The notes under the pieces are model-generated. The model saw only the letters and a list, made by a program, of their open reading frames with translations, was not told where the DNA came from and searched no databases. Source: Saprolegnia diclina VS20 (Eukaryota). Taken from it: a DNA stretch of 20,000 nucleotides. The stretch is from assembly GCF_000281045.1 (NCBI RefSeq), contig NW_008246110.1, positions 300,248 through 320,247 on the forward strand, in the 5' to 3' direction. The position numbers and the translations under genes are program-made. Positions 7,960 through 18,056 of this stretch are shown one piece after another; position 1 is the stretch's first letter; each line of letters starts with the position of its first letter.

Positions 7960-10900
7960 ATGAGCCAGCCATGCCTACGGAACATGAGCTGCAAATGCCC
8001 CCTCTGCGCAGGAGAAGACCTGTCCGAGCTCCTCGCGCTGACCAAGACCATCTCGAGCAACATCCAGTACGGCGACGGGGACGAGGGCGACGAGCCACCG
8101 CCGCCTGCCCGAGGTGGCTTCATGGCCAACTCGCCTCCGCCAGCGCCCCGAAAGACATTCGTCGCCAACTCTCCGCCTGTCCAGGCTGCGAAGCGCGCGG
8201 CCGCGGCGCCGAAAGTCCCGCCACTCGAGTTGAAGGCCGCCGAGACAGCGCCGCCGCCACGAGCATCTCCCACACCGAGCGACGAGCCGAGCCCGAGCCA
8301 GGCGCCGCGACAGACGAGCGACGAGCCTCCGTTGGCGTTCGAAGCGCTTGAAGCCAAGGTGGCCGACAAGAACTGGAAAGTCCGAAAAGAGGCCTACGAC
8401 GACATGAAGCTCGCGTTCGAGACGGGGCGAGGCGTCGACGGCGGCAACCCGATCGAGTTCTTTGGCAAGATGGTCGACGACTCGAACGCCGCTGCGATGG
8501 AAGCCGGTCTTGCTGCCGTGCTTGCGTACACAAAAGAGGCGACGCCGCAGCAGTGGAGCAACAGTGTCATTGCGCGGACCATGACCAAGGTCGTTGACAA
8601 GTGCTTTACGGGCCGACCCGGCACGGTCAAGCTCGCGGAGGAGCTCGTGCTCGAGTACATCCACCAAGGCGGCGGCGAAGATACGATTGCAGCGCTTATC
8701 GAAGGCACGAAGAACAAGAAGCCCAAGGCACCTCCGCTGTGCGTGAGCTTGATGCTCGAGGCGCTCAAGACGTTTGGCCCGCGCGTCGTGCCGGTCCCTC
8801 CGCTCAAGGCGGCGCTTCCCGCGCTCTGCGAGTCGACCGTCAACAACGTGCGTCCGACGGCGCTCAAGGTCATTTGCGAACTGTACCGTTGGACAGGCCC
8901 GCCATTGGTCCAAGACATTGTCAATGGTCTCCGTCCAGCGCAAAAAACAGAGTACGAAGAGCTCATCAAGGACATCACACCCGGCCAGGCCACGGTCACG
9001 CGGTACGTCAAGGGCAAGGAGCCCCGCGCGGCCCCCGCGCCGCGTGGAGCTCCTGGCCGTGCGGCGGCCGCCGCCCCCGTGGCTGCCACCATGGACCCGC
9101 GCGACTTTGCCGAGACGATCGACCTGCTCGCTAAGCTACCGAAAACCGAGTTCAAGGCCAAGCTCGCGTTGCCCAAGTGGAGCGAGAAGGTCGCGGCGCT
9201 GCAGATCATTCTCGACACGGTTGGGTCGGTGCCCAAGCTCGCTTATGGCGACTTTGGCGACCTCGTGCACACCCTCAAGCTCTGCATGCAAGACGCCAAC
9301 GTCAACATCACGGCCAAGTCGATTGAGGTCCTTGGCGTGCTCGCCGACGGTGTCCGCAAGCCCTTCTCGCAGTACGCGCGTCTCATGCTGCCGCTGCTCC
9401 TCAAGAAGCTCTCGGACAAGAAGTCGCTGATCCTCAACGCGACGCACCAGACGCTCGACATGTTTCTGCAGCATGCCTTGCCGCTCGACGCGATGATGGA
9501 CGAGATCAAGCTCTCGGTCGACGGCGCGACCAACAAGATTCCCGCGGCGCGCGGCCAAACCATTGCTTTTTTGCAGCGCGCGATCGCGAAGAAGTGGGTC
9601 AACGTGATGGACGCCGCGCTCATCAAGACGCTCGGCGAGCTCTTTGCGAGCGGCATTGACGACTCGGACCCGGGCCTGCGCAAGGCCGGCGTCGAGGCCA
9701 TGGTCACACTCGTCGAGTCGTCGGACAGCGCGAGCCGCATGGTCAAGGCGACGCTGGACGGGCTCGAGAAGCGCCAGCCGCGCAGCTACAGGACGATCGA
9801 GGCTGCCATGGGCAGTGCCGGTAGCAGTGCGTCGTCGGGTATAGCGTGTCTACCTCTTGCCACATGTCGCTGACTTGTGTGTGTTTAGATACCTCGTCGT
9901 CGGCGCCGACGATGCCCGCGTCCGTGCCAAAGACGGCTGTGCCCAAGCCTCTGGAGGCCAAGAGCACGCCCAAGCCGGCCGCCGGTCCTCCGAGTCGGCT
10001 GGCGGCAGGCAAGAAGCCGGCACCGGCGGGCAAGGGTCCTGCGGCCAAAGCCCCTATCGCGTCGTCGTCGTCAGAGACCATGACCCTCTCGAGCGCCGAT
10101 GCGGAGCAGATGCTGGCGGAGCTCGACCTCGAGCAGTGGTCGTCGATTGTGTCGGGCTTTGGCAGCGCCAAGTGGTCGGAGCGCAAGGCGTCGTTCGAGC
10201 TGCTCGAAGAGGTCGTCAAGGGCAACCCGGACTTGGCGAGCACGCACACGGAGGCGCTCGTCATGTACGCCTACGGCCAAACCAAAGAGTTTAGAGAGTC
10301 GAACGTCCAAGTGCTCAAGAGCGCGTTCCAAGCGCTCGCGACGATCTCGGACGCGTGCGCCGACGTGCTTCCAAAGAGCGTTGTGTCGTTCTTGGTGCCG
10401 TGCTCGATCGAGAAGATTGGCGACCGCAAGATTAGCGACGTGGTCAAGCTCTTGCTGGGGTACTTTTGCGAGCACGTCGGTCCTGCGTACGTCCTTGGAT
10501 GCGTGTACGCCCACATGCCCAACGTCAAGGCCGTGCTCGCGCTCATTGACTGCCTTACGTTCTTCAGCGAGTGCATCGCCGACTTTGGCGTTGCGCTCTG
10601 CGACCCGCGCGCGCTCATCGACTTTGTCAAAGGCGCACAAGGCCTCGAGAGCTCGAATCCCAAGTGCCGCATCGCAGCCATGAGCGTCTTTGGCACCATG
10701 TACTCGCAGCTTGGCCCGGCGCTGCGACCGCTTTTGGGCATTGACAGCTGGAAGCCGGCGCTCGCGTCGTCGGCCGAGGCCGAGTTCAAGAAGGTCGGGT
10801 ACAGCCCCGCAACGGCGACCGCTAGCATTTCGCGCAAGCTGCGCCACGTCGAAGACAACGGCGGCTCGGTCTCGCTCGCCGCTGCGCTCGGCCGCGTCGA

Positions 10901-13900
10901 CATCAGCACCAAGATCTCCAAGGAAATGCTGGCCGACATGCAGAGCGAGGAAGACAAGGCGGCGTGGAAGAAGCGACTCGCTGCCATGGAGGCGGCCCAG
11001 CGCCTCTGCGAAGAGGCCGGCATGATGATTGAGCTGACCAAGCCCGTGATCGAGGTCATGAAGGCGCTGAAAGGTCGTCTCGCCGACTCGAACGCGAATC
11101 TAAAAGTCAAGGCCGTTCAAGTCATTGGTGTCTACGCCGAGAGCATTGGGCCCAGCATTGCCAAATTGAGCAAGGGCATGGGCGCCAACATTGTCTCGGG
11201 CGTCTCGGACAACAAGAAGAACATGCAAACCGCGTGCGTCGAGACGCTCAACAAGTGGGTGCTGCACGAAGGCGCGACGTCGGCGCCGTGCCTCGAGTCG
11301 CTCCTCCCGTTCGTCGCCGAAGGACTCAAGAACACGGTCGGTCGCGCTGAGCTCCTCGGGTGGACCGTGCCCCACACGGAGAGCGTCGGCACTATGGACT
11401 TGCGCTGCCTCATTGAACCGACGATCGACTGCCTCCAAGACAAGGCGTCGGACGCACGCGAGAAGGCCCAACTGCTCCTGATCCAAGTCTTCCGGTCTGT
11501 CGGGAAAGAAGCCGTGTACGCAGGTTGCCGTGATGTACTGCCGGCCAAGATGCGCACGCTCAAGCCAATCATTGACAAGGCGTGCCAAGCCGCGACGGTC
11601 GACACAGCTCCGATTGCCGAGGTCGAATCGAAGCCACCGCCGCCGCCCAAGGTCGCTGCCCCCGCTCCCCCTGCAGCGCCCACCCGGCAAAACTCGCTGA
11701 CGGCACCGGCGCCCGTCGCCAAGGCGCCCAAGAAGGAAGAGGCCGCTTTGCTTTTGAGCAGCGACAAGATGACGCGCCTCGATCGCAACCGCAAGAACAA
11801 GTGGATCTTTGATGCGACCGACGCGGGCGATTTGAATGCACGCAAGGCACAGGTCGAGGCCGAGTGGGGTCCGTACATGTCGGCTGACTTGCGCGCCAAG
11901 CTCTTCTCGGCGTCCCCGGACAAGGTACTCGGTGCTTCTCTCTCCGTATCGTGTTGACTGCAGGACTCTGCGTAGATTATGGAGGGGATTGACGATCTCT
12001 CGAAATGTGTGACGGACCAACCACGCGATGTGCACACGTCACTGGACTTAATCATGAAGTGGTCGACGCTGCGCATTGTCGACAACAACGTCCAAGTCCT
12101 CGGTACGTCGTCGGGATTTGCGCCTTTGGCTCATCGAAAGGCGGGTGCGTAGCCAAGATGCTCGACTTTCTCGTCAAGCTTTTGACGATGGTGGCCGACA
12201 GCAATTGGGAGCTCGATGACGTTGAAGCCGGCATTTTCCTCCCGTACCTCTGCCAAGAGTCGGGGCAGCAAAAGCCTCGCTTCCGCCTGCGCTGTCGCGA
12301 CGCGTTGTATTTGGTCGTGGACGTGTACCCGTCGGCAAAGTATGTTCCGTTCCTCCTCGACTGCGTCGCCAACTCGAAGAACACCAAGAGCCGCATTGTG
12401 TGCCTCGAGACGCTCGAGTACATTGTGCAAGAGCACGGGTACGCCGCCGTGGGCAAAAAGTGCCTCCGCGAGATGGCCAAGTGCGTCGACTGCAACGAAA
12501 AGGACGTGCGCGAAGCCGCCATCCAAGCGCTCGTTGTCGTCTACACGCAAGTGACCGACCCGAACATCGACCGCTTCTTTGTCCTCTGCAACGTAACAAG
12601 CCAAAAAGCCATGGACCTCATCAACCTCAAGATCAAGTACCATCCGACGGATCGCCCGACAGCCAAGGCGGCGCCCGTCCAAGACGAGCCCGCCGAGGAG
12701 CCCACAGCGTCATTTGAAGCGGTCAAGACACCGTTGCCGTCGCCAAAGCGCCCCGCCATGGTTCGGACGCCGTCCAAGTTGGCGCCACCGACGTCGATTG
12801 CGACACCAACGACGATTGCACTGCCGTCGCCGGCCCGGACGTTGCCGACGCCGACCAAGCGCAAGGAGCCGTCGCCGATCGATGTGCGCGTGATGCTGTT
12901 TCCGTCGCTGCAAAAGCTCGTCGCGAGTGCCAAAGAGCTCACGACGGACCCGGTGCTCTTTGAGCAAGGCAAGGACGCGCTCAAGACGCTGTACGTGATG
13001 GCGTCCAAGAGCACTTCGGCCGAACAAAACTTCCTCCAGGACAACATCAACGACGTGCTCGTGCAGATCTGCGCCATCATGCACGCGAGCTTTGGCAAGC
13101 TCCAGAGCTCGCAGATCGAGCTCTACGTGCTCTCGCTGTGCCTCTCGACGATCGCCAACTTGCTCAAGCACGACAACTTTGCGGCGCGCGTCCAACGGTT
13201 TGCGATCGAGCGGCTCGTGCTCGAGTCGTGCTTTGGCTTGCTGGATCCGCGCATTGAAGACACGGAGGCGTCGTTTGCCAAGCGCGTCATGACGGCGCTC
13301 AACAAGCTTGCGATGACGGTCGCGTACCAGCTGCGTGTGAGCGAAGTCCTTCCTGCGATGCTCAACCTCCTCGAGCGCATCGTGCACGACCACGCGCCCG
13401 AGTACACACTCCGTGACGCGGTCAACCGCGGGTTGAAAAAGCCGACGCTGGAGCGGCTCGTCAGTAAACTGCTCATCAAGACGGCGCGGCGCGAGCTCGG
13501 CATGCCCGAGCCTTTCCTCAACGTCGACGTCTCGGGGCTGCTCCACTCGATGCACAGCTTCTTTGCGACGTTTCCAGAAGACAAGACGTACATTCACGAC
13601 GCGGCGCGCAACGCGATCAAGGCCAACCTCAAGTTTCTCGCCGACCACTGCGCCACGAGCGGCCGCCGCGCCGTCTTTGAAGCCGCGCTGCGCGACGTGC
13701 CGCTCTCGTCGCCGATCCACGCGATGCTGACGGACATGCAGTACGACTTTGGCCAGCCAGCCAGAGTGCGCAACGTGTCCGAGTCGGTCGACACGCTGGG
13801 CGACGCCACGGCCGATGCCCACGCCAAGAAGCAAGCGCTTCTGGGCCTTGTGGACGCCAAGCAAGCCCACGCTGGCGGCAACCTTGCGTCGGCCCTGGCG

Positions 13901-14173
13901 GAGAAGGGCCTTGTCGCCAACGAAGAGGCGCGACGCCTCGCCGAGGAGCTCGAGCCGTCCGAGTATGCACGCGGTACGCCCAAAGTACCCGCGATTCTCT
14001 CGACACCGTCGCGGCTCACGGCCTTCTCGGCACAAAACTTGACGCGGTCGGCGTTCAAAGCGCCGGAAGCACCAGTTGTGACCGAGGCGCCGCCGGTGGC
14101 CAACCCTGCGCCGCCCAAGTCGCTCGCGCTGCTGGACCTCAAGCAGCGCCTCGCGCGTATCCAAATGCAATAG
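7960..14173 (+). CDS. CKAP5: XMAP215/ch-TOG/CKAP5/MOR1-family microtubule polymerase with tandem TOG (HEAT) domains, ~2020 aa
   Basis: TOG signatures: DKNWKVRKEAY...DSNAAAMEAGL (TOG1), LPKWSEKVAAL...DANVNI...LSDKK (TOG2), SAKWSERK...FRESNVQV...KIGDRK (TOG3), AWKKRLAAM...LADSNANL...SDNKK (TOG4), LDLIMKWSTLRIVDNNVQV...FLPYL (TOG5). Introns 9839-9888, 11925-11975 and 12103-12152 join the three long ORFs. Spliced length 6063 nt = 2021 codons. Confidence 0.95.
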
Positions 14174-14206
14174 TATATCATGCGTTTATCTCCAAGAGGG
14201 TGGTGA

Positions 14207-16426
14207 TTAGAGCCGCGTGAGCTGGTCGAGAAACGCGTCGGGCGAGAGGAGCTCGGTGCAGCCGTACACGATCTGCCGGCCAGTGGCCGTCGCGTACGCC
14301 TGCGTGTTGTGGAACTCGTGGTAGTTGCCGCCGCCAATGACAAAGAGGATCGCGTCCTTGAAGGGCGTGCGCTGGCGCGGGACGTTGGCGGTCGCCTTGA
14401 TCTTTGGGTCCAAGTACACGTAGTGGTCGTCCTCCGTGCCCTGGCGCAGCTCGCAGATGGCATCGGCAACGCGCGTCACCTGCAGCTTTTTGTTTTCCGG
14501 CAAAAAGTTCTTGAAGCTCTCGGCCGCCTGGGACAAGAAGCCTTGGGTGAAGCTGCCCGCCCAGTTGGCGTTGAGGTAGCCCTTGAGCTTGGTCGACGCC
14601 CCGGTGGCGTCACTGTTGCCAATCGCGCCGCCGACGCTCGCGTGCTGTTGAAACGACGTGTGCTGCTTGACGTGCAACCACGCACTCTCAAAGGCGGCTG
14701 CGTCGGGCTGGGCACGAAACGCAGCTTCAAGGTCGGCCATCTCGGCCGTCGACGCGCCGCTCGTCAAGTAGTAGATCATGAGCAGCCGCAGCTTGTCCTT
14801 GGTGTTGCCCTAGATTCGTAAGATGTCGTCACGTCCATACCTCGGTGACAGCGCACCTTGTCGGCGCTCGCGACAAGGTCGAGGACATCTTGCTGGGGTA
14901 CGTGCGAGCCGTCGATGAGCTTTTGCTCGAGCATCGAAAACTCGTGCACGTGGCGGGCCGAGACGCTCTCAAACGTGGCGTGGAAGATGTTGGTGTGCAC
15001 TTCGAGCGACTTTTTCTTCTCGAGGAGCGCGGGAAGCGTGTCGACGGCCGCGACGAGGTCCTTTGTTCCGCCCACCGCGTGCCCACTCGCCTACGCGCCC
15101 GCCTGTGGTGCGTTCAGTCAGAGAGCTCATCAAGTACCTTGGCACTGATGTCCTTTTCTTTTTTCGTCACGATCTTGAGCTCTTCTTCGTTGGCGGCGAT
15201 CGCGTCCGGGAAGAGCACGCCGGCGTACTGCTCGAAAAATTTGTCGCTTCGGACGTCGAGGTCGTACGACTTGTCGGCTGGCGCGCCTTGGTCGCTCGCG
15301 ACGCGGACGTTGACGCGGTTGAGTTTGATTTTGAGCATGTCGTCGACAAGCGCCTACATAAAGGTCTCGTCTTCGTATACGATAACGGTGGCGTACCTGG
15401 TACGTCGACGGGTGGTGCAAGCCCGACGCGAGGTCTTCGTTGCGGTCGACGATGATGAGCACGGGGCGCTAAACACGATGAGCTCTGTGGTGTCGCTGGT
15501 CGTCGACGCACCTGGAAGTTGGCACTCGTGTCTTGGAAGACGCCCGACCGCGCCGCCTGCCCATATAGCCAACTGAGTAGTGATAGATGCATGTAAATAT
15601 CAATGTACCAAGTGGTCCCGGAGCATTTGGTTGAGCTGCTCGGCCACCATGCGCGAGGGGCCGTCGGTCGCCGGCGCGCGGATCACAGGCACGACGCCGA
15701 GCGTCGCGAGGACGCTAAAGAGGCCTTGGGTGATGTCGTGCATGGTCTGCTCAATGTGGCTGTCGGTGATCGCCGTCGAGTTGTACGCGCGGTAGCTCGA
15801 GGCGTGGTTGAGCGAGAAGAGCGTGGGCTCCAAGCACACAAAGTTGGCGTGCTGGTCAAACACCTTGGCGACCATCGACGTGCACCCGGCGTCGACGCAG
15901 CCTTTTGCAAACGTCTCGAGGCGAGCGCGCGGAATCGGCTCGGCAAAGTTGAGATGGATCGTCGCGTAGAGCTCGCGGGCGCAGTCGGCCACGATGCGCT
16001 GGAGGTTCGCGTCTGTCGGCTGCACAAAGTAGATGGCCGGCACGTCCGGAATGTCTTCGCGATCGTTCTCGAGGAGCATGTGCAACGTGACGCCTATCCG
16101 CCGATGCGCATGAGACCACGATGGCCGGATCGTCGTACCCTTCTTGCGCAGCTCGTGGAGCTTCAAGATGGGCGAGATAATATCGCGGCAAAATGGATCG
16201 TACACCAGCACCTTCCACTGCTCGCCCCACCTAGAGCGACGCATGCATTAGCGGCGGCTGCGCGCCCGCGTGGACCTACGAGCTCGTGGCGTCGGTCGTC
16301 CCCGCCGACTCGACGTTAAAGTCGAGCATGCGAAGCAAGTTCTCTAGGATCATCGTCGCCGCATGAGCTAGGCAGCATGCCACAGCATGACCGACCTTTC
16401 TGCTTGTCTTGGAGGTTGAGCACCAT
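14207..16426 (-). CDS. SLY1: Sec1/Munc18 family protein Sly1 (SCFD1), ER-Golgi SNARE regulator, ~613 aa
   Basis: MVLNLQDKQKENLLRMLDFN...WKVLVYDPFCRDIISPIL...LRKKGVTLHMLL..DRE.IPDVPAIYFVQPT...RPVLIIVDRNEDL...HHPSTYQALVDD...LPALLEKKKSLEVHTNI...DKLRL...AILFVIGGGNYHE...IVYGCTELLSPDAFLDQL. Introns 16344-16395, 16231-16279, 16094-16138, 15557-15608, 15469-15511, 15354-15396, 15091-15137, 14810-14856. Spliced length 1842 nt = 614 codons. Confidence 0.95.
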
Positions 16427-16763
16427 CCTCGCCCCGTTGCCGCGTGTGCAGTCGCCTTGATGAAATGAGGTGGCGGTCTCGTGATCCGGATATCGTCCGG
16501 TTACACTCACCGGACGTTTAAACGCGTTTAATTTCACACTCTTGCTTGCCGTTATACACCGCCACTCCAAAGCAGCTACCTATCGTCATGGCTACAGTCC
16601 CATGATGCATGCGCTCGCGGCTGCTCTTGTTGTCGTAGCCGTGCGTCCAGGGCCCTTCGCCATCTACCATCCGCGACGTCGGTTTAACGTAGAACCGCAG
16701 TTGCACGAAAGAGGGTAAACTCAGGTTTAACCACCACCGCCATACCAGTATCCAACGTTCACG
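16427..16763. promoter_or_regulatory. Divergent promoter region between SLY1 and the methyltransferase
   Basis: 337 bp between head-to-head ATGs. Contains the 14-bp palindrome ttaaacgcgtttaa (16518-16531) and four GTTTAA hexamers. Confidence 0.5.
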
Positions 16764-17715
16764 ATGACGTGGTGGGTCGTGGCAGGCGCTGTCCTCGTCG
16801 CACTTGTGCTCGCTGCGGGTCTCTTTTTCAAGCGCGGGTCAGCCACGCCCGCCTACATGAGCGCTTCCTACTGGTATCGATATAGCGCAGCCGTAGGTTC
16901 TACCTCCTGCTTGTTAGGGACGCACGCTACCGGCGCCACCCCGAGGCCTTCGAGGTAGTCGTTGACGCTGCACGTTGAACGGCTGACGACGACGTGTAGT
17001 GGTACCTCTCGTTCCAAGACCTTGTGGACCATGGCCTCTTGACGCTGACTTCGTCGCACCTCTCGCTGCTCGCCCAGCCACCGATCGAGGTGCGCAACCT
17101 GCGCGTCCTGGACTTGGGCGGCGGCAACTCGACGTTGGCGCACCGCCTGTGCGAGGCGCTCCATGGCAACGGCCGAGTCGTGAGCATCGACATTAGCGAC
17201 ACGTGCATTCGCTTGATGCAGACCACGTACCCGTCCAAAGTGCAATGTGAGAACACCTGCCTCGTTCACGCTCTGGACACGCGGTGTAGACCTCTGCATG
17301 GACGCGCGGGACATGGAGTTCAAAGACAACTCGTTCGACGTCGTACTTGACAAGAGCACGATGGACGCGATCGTGTCGCCCGGCAACGCAACAGCCGCGC
17401 ATGCGGCGAAGCGCATTCTGCGCCAAGTGGCTCGGGTGCGCGCTCCATCATCCAAGAGGGATCTCGCCACTCCTATCGTTGTAGGTCTTGCGGCCCGACG
17501 GCTTCTTTCTTATGATCTCGGTACATCCGTGGAGCTACTGGCACCCGCTCGTGGCCAGCGCCGCGCCGTCTCTCGCCCATGCCCAAGGTACTCTAGTATC
17601 GATGGGCCTTTCGATTGGCAAGCATGGCGTAGAGAAGACGCAAAGCGTTGTACTCTCCTCCGACCGCCACCCGATCCTCGTCTTTGTCAACGTGTTGCAG
17701 AAAGCATCAGCGTAG
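16764..17715 (+). CDS. Class I SAM-dependent methyltransferase, EEF1AKMT4/METTL13-N-like, with N-terminal hydrophobic anchor, ~241 aa
   Basis: Spliced: MTWWVVAGAVLVALVLAAGLFFKR...YWDARYRRHPEAFEWY...VLDLGGGNS...VVSIDIS...MDARDMEFKDNSFDVVLDKSTMDAI...VARVLRPDGFFLMIS. The YWDxRY/FEWY, motif I and FDVVLDKxTxDA motifs are typical of this family. Introns 16874-16917, 16955-16999, 17247-17289, 17436-17484, and probably 17588-17632. Spliced length 726 nt = 242 codons. Confidence 0.85.
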
Positions 17716-17726
17716 TCTTAGCGCTC

Positions 17727-17945
17727 TTATTTCGATTCCTTGGCATCAAACGAGCTCCACGCGACGGCCTTGCCGTTCTTGATGCGCAGCGGCTCGAGCG
17801 TATCCAGGTAGTGCGAGCCGTACGCGAAGAAGACGCAGAGGCCGAGCGCGGCCACACTACATGCACCCCGTCCTGAGCGCTGTGGGCACGAGGACGAGCC
17901 AGCCTACCTCTGCTTGGTCGAGATGTTGCGGAAGGGAAGGAACAT
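17727..17945 (-). CDS. Small (55 aa) single-transmembrane protein of unknown function, two exons
   Basis: Exon 1 17945-17908, intron 17907-17857 (GTAGG...TGTAG, 51 nt, typical size here), exon 2 17856-17727 ending in TAA: MFLPFRNISTKQSVAALGLCVFFAYGSHYLDTLEPLRIKNGKAVAWSSFDAKESK. Third codon positions are strongly G/C-biased, as in neighbouring genes. Confidence 0.72.
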
Positions 17946-18056
17946 GCTCAAATGCACTTGTCCGGATACGTTGTCTCCAACATTCGGATAACAAAAAGAT
18001 GACGTCAACAAATCGAATCCCACGCGATAGATTAGGTCGCGGACTGGTCGTAGATC

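Noticed and set aside
12720..12880. Pro/Thr/Ser-rich stretch with TP/SP repeats in XMAP215
   Set aside because: Ordinary low-complexity linker with CDK-like sites, expected in this family; not a DNA repeat.
7975..14170. Long minus-strand ORFs (e.g. 322, 311, 318 and 486 aa) opposite XMAP215
   Set aside because: Antisense shadows caused by codon bias; no recognisable motifs.
16518..16706. 62-aa minus-strand ORF (..MVDGEGPWTHGYDNKSSRERMHHG..) in the divergent promoter
   Set aside because: No recognisable motif, coding-like codon bias only in part, and little room for its own promoter; cannot be supported without expression data.
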